Below, piece after piece: positions 25,353-41,200 of a DNA stretch of 64,000 bases. The translations under genes and the position numbers were made by a program. Below the pieces are notes generated by a model, which was not told where the DNA came from, ran no database searches, and saw nothing but the letters and a program-made list of their open reading frames with translations. The DNA is from the human T2T-CHM13v2.0 reference genome, Homo sapiens. Numbering within the stretch: the first letter of the stretch is position 1; every line of letters begins with the position of its first letter. The DNA is taken from NCBI GenBank assembly GCA_009914755.4, contig CP068257.2:36832001-36896000 (forward strand). Direction: 5' to 3'.

Positions 25353-28300
25353 AATAGGAAGTAAGTTGGAAAACATGAGCCAACTGACTTTTTTTTCCTT
25401 AGACAGCTAAAGAAGAGTGGTTAGAAGTTTACTCACAAGTAAATCTTTTAAGGAGCGTTTACTTCCCAGAAACAGCAATGAGATCTTGGAGGGGCAATTC
25501 TTGTCAACTGTGCATCATCAATGGAGTTTAACTGTGAGAGGTAAAACCCATTGTTGGTCCCGACTCCACCAACCCAAATGGTCATATCTGAGGACTTCCT
25601 GTGGTTCTCCCGCCCCCACCCTCTCCACGGCATTTACTGCTCCTGTATACCCTGGACTTCTCGACAGGAAATGGCAAATTCCTCAGTAGGAAAGCCAAGA
25701 AGTGGGAGGTCACATGGAGACTGGAAGTTCATTGCGTGCAGCCCCTCCAGGTGACAGGCGACACCGCCTCTGCATGTTGAGTGCCTTTGTGACACATGAT
25801 CTCCTTGTCTCATGACCACAGGCAGCAGGGTCCTGATGAGTGCCCTGGAGAGAACTGTCCTCCCACCCCTGGGTGACACAGAGTCTCAGAAGCCAGCAGA
25901 GGTGCTGCACCAAAGGCTCAGACTTTCACCCTGCCTCTCTTCTCCTCAACTCTTTGCCCTAAAAAACATGTGCTTTGAGGGTGTGTTGAAAATCTCACTA
26001 AGTCAAATGATGCCTGTGGGGCAGAAATAACCCTTGCTCTGAAAGGGTCACCAAAAAGTCATGAGACTCCTACCTGTATGGAAGGTGGTGACTATATAGC
26101 CCTTGTATAAACAAACAAATACGGTGAAAGACTTGGCTCCATTTTTTTTTTTTGTCTGTTCGTTATTTTTTGGAGAAAACGTTGTGATAAGAAGCCTTTA
26201 GCCTACAAAAATGTCTCTAGATTAATGATAATTTATCTCACTTTTCTCAGTGAAACAGATGAATCAAAGAAAGTGAAGCATCGTAGACAATATAGGACCT
26301 TCCTGATAACATCTAACATTTAATAACGTGATCACAGCGTGGCGGCTCTAAAAGACATGCACATGTGAATTAATGCATCTAACCTGCACACTAGCTACCA
26401 TTATGCCCATTTTAAAGATGAGGAAAACTGAGACTCCAAAAATTAAATAAGTTGCCTAGAGCATCTTGCCAGTTAATGCACCAGAATTCTAAGCCAGCTG
26501 CCTGGTTCCAAAGCGCATGCCCATAAACGCGGAACATAATGCACCAAATGGCCTAGAACTGAAACGACTGCAAAAATAAGTCAACATATGAGAAACTAGA
26601 GAATATATAAAGCCAGCCCCACCATAATCAGTGGCAAGGGATGGGAGATGGGAAGAAGGGAGAAGGGAAGGGAAGCTAAATAATTTCAGTTTTTCTCTGT
26701 GCCTTTAATTCCTGTCCCCTGAAGATGACACGCTCATTTTAGTAGCAACCCATGACCAAGATGCATTCCCCAAGCTTTTCGCACCTGACAGAAAGGGACT
26801 CGGTGTCCAGGACTGTGCCCGATTACAATCAAAGCAGATGGACCCTTCCTTAGGGTAGGGCTGTTCTTCTGACAGCCTCCTCTGTGAAACTAGATTATAA
26901 GAGGATGTGCTGCTCTCAGACACCCTCTGCCTGTCCCCGCCTTGGGGTCCTTGCCTTTGCCATTCCCCTGGTCCGCATCACTCCTCCGAGGCATTTGCAA
27001 ACCTTGTTCTCACCTTTTCTTTGGGTCTCTGTCTGACAGGCCTTGCCCGATCATGTTCTCTAAACTAGAGGTCCCGCCCCCCGGCCACCTGGCTCTATCA
27101 TGTTCCCTACCTTCCCTCCTAAGGCTCCTGACTTCCTGCCACACTCTGTCTTCGTTGAGCTGTGATCTATTTGTCAGTCTCCCCCATCTGCATCCCCCTG
27201 ATTGACAGCACTGAGTGAGCCCAGCTGTCCTGCTGCTCATGCCCCTCAGCACCCATGAGCCTAGTGGGTGCCCAGTAAATCCTTAGTGAGTAAATGAATG
27301 AGTCAATTTCCACACACCAAATCCCAAAGGGATAAAAAGACATTGCCTTTCTGCCATTTCTTGGAAGAATTTTTTGAGACAAACTAAAGAAAGGAAGCTA
27401 CTTGTTATTAAATTTTTAAAAATCTGCCTACTATTTTCAGGCAAATATGTCATGATGACATCTATGAAATCTCTGAAATTAAAGAGAAGCCTGACGTTTC
27501 ACAGGAATTAAATGAAGTTGCTGCATCACAGGTGCTCCCTGCCACAGGGCTCCGTGTGGCAGCAGCAAACAGAACTCCTCGCTGCTTAGGTGTAGTCCTT
27601 AGGAATGAAAATCTGAACGTAGTACGTTAAAAAAAAAAATCTTCAAAAGCAAACAAAGCCCTAAGTGTCGCTGTGTATTATCAGGGCAGGGTCCTCCTCA
27701 GAGAGAGGCGGGCTGCAATCGCCCCTACACCTTTCACCAAGTGCCTCGCTTCAGGGGTCCCATTGTCTCCACGTTTAGGTTTAGGAGCCTGGCTCTTCGT
27801 AACACCAGCGAAACATGTTCTCCTAAAGATGTTCCCTGAGATACAACACCACTCCGCATTGTTTCACCACATACCAGCATTAATATCCCAGAGTAATCCA
27901 CCCTCCTCTTAACGGCTGATGACGGCTCCAATGGCCATGCAAAAATCAGTTGAAGGAAAGGGAAGTCTTGTCGGAAATGAGATTAGTCTTGTAACGAGTG
28001 TTCAGCCCTGATAACCCATCTGGGCACAGAACTGCTTAAACTGGAGAGCAATTAACCTTCACCCGACAAGCTCTGTCCAACCGTTATAAACATTAAAGAG
28101 ACAGAATCCTTCCCCCCTCCTTGTAGACTAAACAACCAGATTTGAAATTCCACGTAAACGGCCTCTTTCTGCAGATGTGCACCAACAACAACGTTTAGGG
28201 GGAAAAGGTGGGCAATGGCTCTGTTCATAACTCTGGTAACTTTTGGCCTTGGTGTGAGTGGGCTGAGGTTATTAGCGTAAAAATTAACTGGAGGTATTTC

Positions 28301-28395
28301 CAATAAAATCACCAGGTTTAGGGGACTGGACATAGTTGCTTTCATGCAGAAACCCATGTGTCCTATAGGAACACAACTTGATGCTTGAGATATTC

Positions 28396-28711
28396 TTTTT
28401 TCTTTTCTTTCTTTCCTTTTTTTTTTTTTTTTTTTTTTTTGAGACAGAGTCTCACTCTGTCGCCCAGGCTGGATTGCACTGGTGCGCTCATGGCTCACTG
28501 CAACCTTGACCTCCCCAGGCTCAGGTAATCCTCCTACCTCCACCTCCCAAGTAGCTGGGACCGCAGGCGAAGGCCACCATGCCCCACTAATTTTTCTGTT
28601 TTTTGTAGAGACAAGGTTTCACCATGTTGGCTAGGTTGGTCTCGCTCAAGCGATCCACCCACCTTGGCCTCCCAAAATGTTGGGATGACAGGCGTGAGTC
28701 ACTGCGCCTGG
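28396..28711 (-). mobile_element. Alu SINE, full length
   Basis: Begins with a long (T)n/(TTTC)n tail then gagacagagtctcactctgtcgcccaggctggattgcactggtgcgctcatggctcactgcaacc... and ends ...caggcgtgagtcactgcgcctgg. Confidence 0.9.
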
Positions 28712-30782
28712 ACTTCTTTTTTCAACAGTAGAAATATTTGCACTGGGCTAGACTCTCACTCACTCCCAATTCCTCTCTTCCGACATTTGCATGAGTGATG
28801 CTGCTTGTGGTCACAGAAGGGAGATTTTTTTTTTAATCTCCGAGAAGTTATTGGTTTTCATGGGGAGCAAACCTGTGATCTTGCCTTTATCAGCATTTGC
28901 CGTAACCAGTCGAGTTAACCAAGTTGGGCCATGTGAAATACCGAGTGGTTAGAGAATCTACCAGGAAACCTACTGTTAAAAATAACTTTCACAACACTGA
29001 AGAGAAATAGCTGAGGTCACTTAATTTATCACTCAGGCATGAGCTTTCTTTAGCATCAGTTCATGCTGAGCCATTGGCTTGTTTATGGACATGATACTAA
29101 CAATAAATAGGTAAAGGGTAAGGGCCCTATGACATAGAGCTGGCTACAAACCAATGTGGGGTACACAATATGCCTAGCATTTAAACAAGAAAAAAATGTA
29201 AAGTACATGCAGAAAGTCATATGAGGGAACCAAACCTCTATGTTACTGACCTGTTAATGTGACTGCAACTCAGATTTTTTTAAATAGAAAGAAAAAAGGA
29301 AAACATATATTTAGCATGTCCTAAACAAATTTATCTCCCCAAGGTTTTAGTGCAATCTTCATGATGACCTGAGATAGCTATCAAAATAGTCCATCCTAAC
29401 ATTCGATCTTATCTCTCCCTTGAACCCAGTTTCTCTTTTTCCAGTAGGTAAGTCATAATACTCCAGGCCTCAGAGACGTGTTTGCACACAACGAGGCTGA
29501 GCCTATCTCACTTATAAGGATGACATATCTCACTCATGCTGGACTCCAGACCGGCCCCAATAACAGTTTTGGAGAGTGGCATGGTAGAGGATGTGTGTTA
29601 CATGGGAAGTACTACTGTACCCTGGGACAAGATATCCTGGCAACAGGTCTTGTTTTCATGGTTTGCATTTACATGCTTAACTGTTCCTTTTCCTGCCTTT
29701 GTAAGACTAAGAAAATCCTTACTGTACAGAGAAGGAACTGTGAAAATAGAGCAAGTGGGACTGACTCTCACATTGCAGGGATATGCACCATCTCCATTTT
29801 TGCAGCCAAATTAGATGCAAGCCCAGGATTCCACTGGCCTGGTTCTCCCAGGAACACTGGGAGTTTCTTGGTGTCTTAGCTTGAGGTGAGGTGAAGATGG
29901 GCTATGGGCACGTGAGCTGACCAGTTTTTCATCCTGTGTGCATTGGACGTAGACAAGGGCACACACAGACATGACAAGAATCCATGACCTAGCTCCTAAT
30001 GTAAATCTTCTTTCCCAAGACAATCTTGCAGAGCCCTCATGGTCAGTGATAAGAGGAACTTCAATTTTTATTTGGAATCTGACCCATTTCATAAGAATGA
30101 GTAACACCTGAATATTTAGGTGCAGATATCAAAGACAGAAGACAAAAAGAAATCATAGTGTTTGACAATAATATTAGTATAGGATGCCGTTTTATGAGTT
30201 CAGTCTTAGGACTGTGTAGGTGCAACGTGAAGACTTTCCTGAAGACAGCCACATGAATCATTTTTCATAGGATGTAATCACCACTGTCATCCATTAGTCC
30301 AGGCTTGACACATAGAATGGGGGTGACTGGCTGCCTAAGTAACAAACTCCCCACGTGTGCTTCTGACGAACTGTGTGGGCTGCCCTAAGCTTTTGCATGT
30401 CTCGACACTTACCAAGTAAAATGATGAGATAAGGAAAACCACAACATCATACTCAGTATCTTGTGAAACTGAAATGGTTGCAGAGTAAACACTTTGCCTT
30501 ACAGTGATTTTATTTTGACTATTATGCTGGATTTAACAATATAATGGTTAATATCCATGCTATAAAGTTTTATTTTTTCATCAACAAAACTAATTGCATT
30601 GGCACTTTCAAAATGTTGTTTGCACATAAATGATTTATACTTAAGTATGAGTGTAACAATCTTGCCATCAGGACCTGGTCTGTTGGGAGATATCAGTGAA
30701 TGGAGCCTGGCTCTTCCAATGGGCAACCGTTGTTTGTTGGTGAAGCTGCCACCCTTGAGACCTGCCTGGTCTCCTTCCCACC

Positions 30783-31017
30783 TGTAGCTGGCTAAGTAGT
30801 GTCTCCCCACAATTCACGTCCACCTGGAACCTCAGAATATGACCTTATTTAGAAGTAGGATCTTTGCAGATGTAATTAATGATTAAAATGAGATCATAGA
30901 TTAGGGTAGGTTCTAAATCCAGTGAGAGCATCCTCATAAGAGGCTGAGCAGGACACACAGAAACATAAAGAAGAAGGTCGTGGGATGACAAAAGCAGAGA
31001 CGGAAGGGATGCATCTA
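30783..31017 (+). mobile_element. MaLR LTR (MLT1-type), 5' portion, interrupted by a DNA transposon
   Basis: Motifs present: tgtagctggctaagtagtgtctccccacaattcacgtccacctggaacctcagaatatgaccttatttagaagtaggatctttgcagatgtaattaa...gatcatagattagggtaggttctaaatccagtgagagcatcctcataagagg. The LTR continues after the inserted element at 31733. Confidence 0.5.
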
Positions 31018-31732
31018 CAGCAGTCTCCCCTTATCCACGGGGGACACACTACAAGACCCCCAGGGGATGTCTGAAACCTCAGACAGGACTGAACCCAACT
31101 GCCATTAACTGGAACACTTTCTGTTCCATCCACAAATGCAATACCTTTTCCATCTTAACTAAGCACTTACTATCCACTGTGGTCATCAGTTTTGCAGTTT
31201 GAGGTGCAACGGCAAAACAAGCACAGATTTCTTTTTATTTCTTCAAACTTCAAAGACAGAAGATTCATTCTTACTGTACATCTTAGCAACCACAGCATAT
31301 GATCTTTTTCCTTGTAAGTACAGAACTTTCACCTTTTCACTGAAAGAAAGCACTTTACGGCTTCTCTTTAACATACCCGGAATTGCCAGGATCAGTCCTC
31401 TTGTGCCTTGGGGCTACTACTGAATAAAAGAAGGGCTACCTACACATAAGCACTGTGATACCGTGACAGTCGATCCCATAACCAAGAGGGCTACTCGGTG
31501 ACTAACAGGCAGGTAGCATCTGTAGCATGGATACGGTGGACAAAAGGGGAATTCATGTCCTGGGTGGAGCAGGGCAGGATGGTACAAGACTTCATCATGC
31601 TACTTAGCATGGTGAACAATTTAAGACGTATGATTCATTTATTTCTAGAAATGGCCATCTAATATCTTCAGACAGCAGATGAAACTGCCAGAAACCATGG
31701 AAAGTGGAATCGCGGATAAGAGAGGACTACTG
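31018..31732 (+). mobile_element. TcMar-Tigger non-autonomous DNA transposon, Tigger2/MER2-like
   Basis: Terminal inverted repeats are visible. The left end reads cagcagtctccccttatccacggggga...agacccccaggggatgtctgaaacc. The right end reverse-complements to cagtagtcctctcttatccgcgattcc, from gaatcgcggataagagaggactactg at 31707-31732. The left flank has TA at 31016-31017 consistent with a Tc1/mariner target. The right flank is degenerate, reading TC. Confidence 0.55.
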
Positions 31733-31944
31733 TCCAAGCCAAGGAACACAGGGCTTGCAGGCAACCCCCGGAGCTGGAGGAGGCACCAGATGCATCCTTC
31801 CTCACAGCCTCCAGAAGGGACCAACCCAGCCAACACCTCGATTTTGGATTTCTGGACTCCCAAGCTATAACAGAATAAATTTATCTTGCTTTAAGCCACT
31901 AGGTTGTAATAATTTGTCACAGCTATCCTGAGAAACTGGTACAG
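31733..31944 (+). mobile_element. MaLR LTR (MLT1-type), 3' portion
   Basis: Motifs present: caagccaaggaacacagggcttgcagg...ccagccaacacctcgattttggatttctggactcccaagctataacagaataaatttatcttgctttaagccactaggttgtaataatttgtcacagctatcctgagaaactggtacag. This is the typical MaLR LTR 3' end ...taagccacccagtctatggtattttgttatagcagc...actaatacag. Confidence 0.5.
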
Positions 31945-31997
31945 TACTTGTGGATGCTGTTTTTAACAAAAATTTTGCCACTTTAGGGCACTATATG

Positions 31998-32000
<3 letters not shown>

Positions 32001-32029
<29 letters not shown>
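32001..32029. repeat. poly(T) tract (T29)
   Basis: The tract is ggcc(t)29gcc. Confidence 0.9.
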
Positions 32030-32031
<2 letters not shown>

Positions 32032-33597
32032 CTTATAGAGTTAGGTCAATTTCCAAAAGTGCTGGAGTTTATGCCAAGAATTAAGTGACTCCCTGGTTGC
32101 AGTGGCCAAATAGCCTGAAATTTTCAAAGTAATACTAATTTTGCAAAACTTTTCATGTAAACTCCTTTGCCTGACCATGCCCTAATTTTTGTGATTAGGA
32201 AAATCTGGCTCTTATCCCACTGGAGGAAAAGTGTCTAGTTCATATTCTAATGGAAATCATCACTTGGGAGGTGTTTTGACAAACATCTCTCAGTTTTGTT
32301 TAAAAATTATGTTAGAAATTAAGAAAAATAACGAATGGAAAACAAAATCTAATTTTTGGTATATTTTCCTGCTAACATTTGTGGGCAAATTAGTTAAATT
32401 ATGATTGTTTCATGCATACTTACTCCTCCAACAGCATCCTAGCTCTCTTAGGAGTTCCTTTTAATTATCCTAAAAACAGTTAAGAGTATACTGAGCCAAA
32501 ATATAATTAGGTTGAGAAACAATGAACTCCTAAATGACCAATCAAGTTTTTTCCAACATTTTAATTCTCAAATAAAGGTCATTTCCTTTTATTTGACTCC
32601 TTAAAAACTAGATTATAGTTCTTCTAGGAGAGGAACCAAGTCAGATTTCTTTTAATCACATACATTGCCAAATGCATGCTTTACTCAGGGAAAGATTTCA
32701 ATATGCATCATTTATTCATGCATTCATTCATTCAGGAAACAGAGTAGCACTTTACATGCGGACGCTGTGGAAACAATGGTGATATGAATTCTTAAATGAT
32801 TAAAGAAACAGTCCACTAAAAATCTTATCAAGATAATAGAATACTTCAGATTTTATGAAAGATTACATTTTCATTGGCCTATATATAATGTTTTAACCAG
32901 TAAGGCTCACTAAGTTAAATAATATGCTGGATAATCTTAAATTTACAGAAGGGTTTTCAGTTTTACTATTTGGCTTAGATAAGCTGGTAGTTACTTGCTA
33001 AAATTAATCTTTATTATAAAGCAGATCATCTTGAAACTGAATACAAAAACAAACGTAGCTATTATTGAAAATGTTATGCTATCTCATATCCATTAGAGAT
33101 GTTATTTATATAATAAGTACTGTGTTGTAATTTGCCTGATTCCAATGAATACAGAAACCCTCAGTGTGAATCAATATACTAGACACCAGCAGACATATTT
33201 AAAAGATTGCTACAGTTTCACTGACATTTCAAAGAGGTGACTGTAGTAACAAAAGAAGAAAAATGAATAGTCCCTATCATAGCACATTAATACAACTTGT
33301 CACTAGTTCATGTCCAGAAAGACTTATTATATAATAGATTGTCAAAGTCGAATATTTCAATGACCCAATGCAAATCCTGGATAAATGCTGGTAGGTGTTG
33401 CTGCTCAATAAAAATGAAAGTGGTGTTTGGTTTTGCTCATCAAGGCAAGTGTCATGTAGCAAAATGCAGGCTATGGGTTGCCTGGAAACTGTATTCCTGC
33501 TTTTAATTTACAAGTGAAACATTCCCATCCATGGCCTGGAAGGGACCATCATGTACTCGGCAGCACTCATTAGATTCTGGGCAGCCCCCGGTCATCT

Positions 33598-34858
<1,261 letters not shown>

Positions 34859-34903
34859 AAGTCATAGTTCAAACCACTCTTTTGGAAAAGTATGGATTTG
34901 TTA

Positions 34904-35306
<403 letters not shown>

Positions 35307-35536
35307 CAGCAATTCTTTGTGATTTTAATATAGGGTGCCAGCCACATCACTGATTCATGCACTCACTCATGCATTTGTCATGCAGGAAGTTATTTATTCA
35401 TTTATGAAATGGACATTTACTGATAGCCTGCTTTTTAATAGGCACCATCAGCATGACTGAAAGGTTACATGACAACAGCCACAGAACTTAAGGCATAGAA
35501 CTTTAACAACACACGTTTTGAGTTACTGGTCTTGAC

Positions 35537-35679
35537 GCCTGGCTAATTTTTTGTATTTTAGTAGAGATGGGGTTTCACTGTGTTGCCCAGGCTGGTCGTG
35601 AACTCCTGAGCTCAGACAATCCACCCGCCTCAACCTCCCAAAGTGCTGCAATTACATGTGTGAGCCACCGCGCCCGGTC
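35537..35679 (-). mobile_element. Alu left-monomer fragment (FLAM-like / 3'-truncated Alu)
   Basis: The sequence gcctggctaattttttgtattttagtagagatggggtttcactgtgttgcccaggctggtcgtgaactcctgagctcagacaatccacccgcctcaacctcccaaagtgctgcaattacatgtgtgagccaccgcgcccgg is the reverse complement of Alu positions about 1-140 only. Confidence 0.75.
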
Positions 35680-36861
35680 GGGGTTCTATAGATTCTTAAT
35701 CATGATTAACCAGCAATATGATAATTCAATAGATCCCTGCTCACCTCCCCTAAAGAATGTGCCACTCTAAGTAGTTGGTTCAAAATAGCTTGACTTTTTA
35801 ACCTCTAGATCCACTCCAGAGAACAGTGGTCTCTCCCCATTGCACAAACACATTCATTTATTTAACAGCATCACCCAAAGCATAAGAATGGGAGGAAACA
35901 ATGAACGTCCTTCATTTCTCCAACTTTAAATTATCAAAACTACTGATTTTCTGGGCTCACAAAAATGCAGTTGAGTTCAGCTGTTGAAAGTTTGGTTAAC
36001 ATGTCAGTTGAGCCACCAAATGGAATAACAGTTGTAACTCTCTTATGTTTTCTCTACTGTCCTCAAAGGAATAGCATGAGAACAAAGCAATTAGCATACA
36101 TTCAGGAGTTGCATAATGATGTTTTGGACAATGACAGACTGCAGATAGGACGAGGGTACCATAAGATTATAATGGAGCTGAAAAATCTCTATGGCCTAGT
36201 GACATACAGCTGTAGTAACACTGTAGCACAATGCATTTCTCACATGTTTTTGGTGGTGCTGGTGTACAAACCTACTGTGTTGCCAGTTGTATAAAGTATA
36301 GCACATACAATTCTGTACAGTACATAATAGTTGATAATGATAATAGTTGACTATGTTATTGGTTTACATATTTACTATACCATACTTTTCATCATTATTT
36401 TAGAGTGTACTTTTTCTATTTCCAAAAAAAAAAAAAGTTAATTGTAAAACAGCCTCAGGCAGGTCCTTCAAGAAGGATTCCACAATAAGGCACTGTTATC
36501 GTAGGAGATGACAGCTCCACACAGATTATTGTCCCTGCAGACCTTCCAGTGGCACAGGGACAAGATGTAGAGATGAAAAACAGTGATATTGATGATCCTG
36601 ACCCTGTGTAGACCTACGCTAATGTATGTGTTTGTGTCTTAGTTTTTAATAAAAAGTTTAGAAAGTTAAAAAAAAAATAGAACAAAGCTTATTGAGTAAG
36701 GATATAAAGAATGAAAATATTTCTGTACAACTGAACCACGTATTTGTGTTTCAAGCTAAGTGAGTACAAAAGAGTCAAAAAGTTTAAAAAATTAATAAGT
36801 AAAAAAAGTTATAGTAATCTAATATGAATTTACTATTGAAGAAATGTTTTAATAAATTTAG

Positions 36862-37173
<312 letters not shown>

Positions 37174-37220
37174 AATATACAGTGTTTATAAGTCTACAGT
37201 AGTAGATAGTGATGTCCTAG

Positions 37221-37648
<428 letters not shown>

Positions 37649-38124
37649 TCTACTGCATTATTACTATACCTTTCCCACATTTTGATACATAAAAACCATT
37701 GTGTTAAGTGTCACAATTGCCTACAGTATTCAGCCTGGTCACATGCTGCACAGGTTTGTAGCCTAGGAGCACAGGCTACACTTATAGCCTGTAGCCTACG
37801 TGTGCAGCCGGCTATGCCATGTACATTTGTGTAAGTGCTCTTTGTGATGTTTGCACGATGAAATCATCTAACAACTCATTTCTCAGAACTGACCGGGCAT
37901 GGTGATGCATGACTGTGTAGGGAAATACTTTCACCCCTTTAGAAGAAGCTATAAATAACCAGGTATAAATGCAGGATTCCTTTCCAAAGACAAATACTGG
38001 AAACAAACACAATCAAGGAAGATAATTGATTACTTCAAAAAAACAATTGAGATATGAGAGTAAATTAAATAAGAAGACTGTGACTAGGATAAGTAACCAA
38101 TAACAGCCCATAACAGCTAACATT

Positions 38125-38265
38125 ATTATTATTGTTGTTATTATTATGAGATGAGGTATTTTGCCAGGTTGCCCAGGCTGACCTCAGATACTGAGGCTCA
38201 AGAGATCCTTTGCTTTGGCTTCCCGAGAAGCTGAAACTACAGGCAGCTGCCAGCATGCCTGGTCT
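38125..38265 (-). mobile_element. Old, degenerate Alu/monomer fragment
   Basis: The tail (TTA)n/(TTG)n precedes gagatgaggtattttgccaggttgcccaggctgacctcagatactgaggctcaagagatcctttgctttggcttcccgagaagctgaaactacaggcagctgccagcatgcctgg. Divergence from the Alu consensus is high. Confidence 0.5.
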
Positions 38266-41200
38266 GCAATTTACATCTTTTGTACACTACAGCACGTTAC
38301 TGTTCAAAGCACATACAAGTATTAAGCTGCTTAATCCTTGCAACACTACCAAGAAGTAGGAGTTATTATCATGACTGACTCTCTTCTACAGATGGGGAAA
38401 CGAGGCACAGGGAAGTGAAAGGCGTGGTGGGACAGGGACCTGCGGTCTGGATCTGCTTCATATAGAGAAACTGGGTTCTTAAGAAGGAAAATGGGCCTTA
38501 ATTTCTAAATCGTAACAAGTTCAGCCCTCACTCCTCTTTTTTTTTTTTTTTCACTATCCTGGAAAAAAAAAAAGAAGTGGATAGAAAGGTACTAATAACA
38601 ATGAGTTTAATTTCTCAAATTTTATTATTCTTTAAAAAGGATACATTGGTACAGGAGTAAAGACAAAAAAAATCAAAAAAGAGTCGAGTATTCAAAGACC
38701 CTTGATGGTGTAACATCAATTATTTTAATTTTGTTTTTAAAATTTTTATTTTCTAAACTCCTATAATAATTGTTTTTCAAATGGGGAAAAAGAACGAAGT
38801 TTTTATTACTGCCTTTCTTTCTACAATATATTATTCAATGGAGATACTGAACCTGTATTTGCTACAGGCTAAAGAAAATAAAATAAAACAATCCCTAGCC
38901 AGGCAAGGGAGATTTTCAGAGAGGATGCCAACAGGGTCCTATCCCATCAGGCATCCATGACAAATCTGTCTGCTGTCTGGTCCTGTAGCATCACCCAAAT
39001 GTGGTTCAGGCAGCACTGGAAACAATACAGACTCAGGAGATCAGGGAAGTCATTTTGCAAAGAAGCAGAAGTGTCAGGAGGTAGCACCTGTAAGGATGAA
39101 TGCTGGAGCTGTCTCATGGAGTTTCACAGAAAGGTAACAAGCTGCACAATGACTGTCTAGGGGCAACAGATACATAGGAGGAAAGCAGTCTTCATTCAAA
39201 CAGGATACTGAGATTGACATAGTGTGTCTTCCAACAAGATAAGCAAAAGTATGTGAAGAAATGAGTCCCTAAAGGAAAATATCTCTTTGGGCAATTTCAC
39301 TTCAATTCAATTTCATGTTAAATACAAAATACATATATTGAATATGTGGATAAAATCACTAGAATATATTCGTGCAATAACATCTACGTGAGACATGACA
39401 GCATCTCACCATGTCTGGCAGTCTCTCGGGGTCAAATGCAATCTCTGCCCCCCACCTGGCAGTCATCGGCACTTATGGAATAGGCCAGGCAGAAGGCTCT
39501 GTTAGATACTGCCTTCTTCCCTTCGCAATGCACTGTCCCAGACTTCCTGGGGTGAGAGAAGTGATTGTCTATGAGAGCTAGCTTGGAGTGAATGAAAACA
39601 GCATTTAAGAGGCTCAGCATTTTCTGATCGCCAAAGGGGGTACCCTTCAACATGAGGTGACCCAGCAATGATTGGCTGCTGAGTTCTTTGAGTATTTTAG
39701 GGACCTGCAGGAGATCTGGGTGGAGCTGTGGGTTTCCGTGTGTACAGTGTGTAAACATCACCCTTTGGTGCTTCGCCAGTGCTTAAGGGGCTCCCAGGTG
39801 CTATTTATTTTGTTTAGTTTATTGTTCAGTGTTATTGTTTGTTGACTTGATCTATTTTTTTTTCTCCTACAAAGGGGCCAGTCTGCAAGGACACATCCTG
39901 TAGATGGCTAATTGATGATGCCCTATTGTTTAGTGTGTGTGCACTGTGGTTTTATTTGCTTCGGTTCAAAGGGCCTAAACAATGCATTCGTTGGAATTTA
40001 GTAACTGCTGTAAAATCAGCACAGAGAACAATCTGTGAGCTGATATTTTTTGTACCCAAATCTGGTAATCTCTGCTTGACTAAAGAAAGCAAAATCTAAA
40101 ATGACCTTTCAACTAACCATAGAAAAGGCCTTCCATTGAATCTCAAAGAGACTTATTTTTCTACCAAATATAAAAACATTCGAATTATGCATCATTTTCC
40201 ATGATTCAAAGGAGACAGAGGTGCCTACGGGGCATGTTACTCATAGACAAGTCTATTCTAGTCTAATCACGTCCCCTTAAAAATCACCGAGTAGATGACA
40301 CCGAGGATGAGAACGAGGTACTGTAATCATTACTTTAGAAACTTTATATTTTTACCTGTTTCAAGACAGAATTCTCCTAGAAAATCTGGAGCAACAAGCT
40401 TATTCCCCTTGGAGAGGAGATAACGAATAATGGACCACGCATTCGGAGAGAGGAAGTTTCCACTGGGAGCCCTTCCTGCATCAGTGCGTCTCTGGTTGGG
40501 CTGGCTATCTGTGTAGGAAGTGAACGCAGGAAGTATCTGTCTACAAACCCTTTATCCTCAAGGTAATTGCTGTAGCAGCATTTTACTGTTTACCAAAGCA
40601 GTAAACATGTGATCTAAAAAAAGATGTTTTCCATCTCCAGAAGAACAAGGCTTTAAAAAATGTATACATGTGCTTATTTTGTAACCAGCTTATCAAAATT
40701 GGTTACAATAGGCTTGGGCTTTCAACAGTGAGTCCATGAAAACAGCTCTTGGGATGGACAGAGGTACCCTCACAGGGATGCACAAGAAACAAAGAAGTGG
40801 CTTCCTTCACTAGAATGCTATCCTAGCAACACACATTTTATGTCTTTTCTCCTAAGACCGGCTTAACCGAGTTCATACTGTTTGGCTTACAAAGAAGGTA
40901 AAGTCAACAAAACTATCTATGTTAATTCAGGTTGGTAGAATGAGTAATTCACAAAGTCCAATAACTCATAAAAGTCACTTACATTTGGCCTTGGACAATA
41001 TTCTTATTTTTACGTGACTATAAATATGCTTCCAGTTTAGGAGTTCACACAAGACAAAGTGAAAAGTTAGAACTCAAAAGGAGATGTGTAGTGGCTGCTT
41101 TTGCTGACTTTTGCCTGGCGTAGGCCAAGCCTCCTGGTCCGTCTTTTCCTTTGTTTCTTTATTCCAGATCAAGCTTGCAAACCTGCACCGTCCCAGATTT

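Noticed and set aside
27235-27312. A possible additional MIR 3'-end fragment, gcacccatgagcctagtgggtgcccagtaaatccttagtgagtaaatgaatgagtc.
   Set aside because: It is too short and diverged to call confidently and is mentioned only as likely ancient-repeat debris.
29478-29880. A 133-aa ORF in a region that looked vaguely LTR-like, with motifs tctcacttataaggatgacatatctcactcatgctgg.
   Set aside because: It could be neither assigned to a repeat family nor supported as coding. It is left unannotated.
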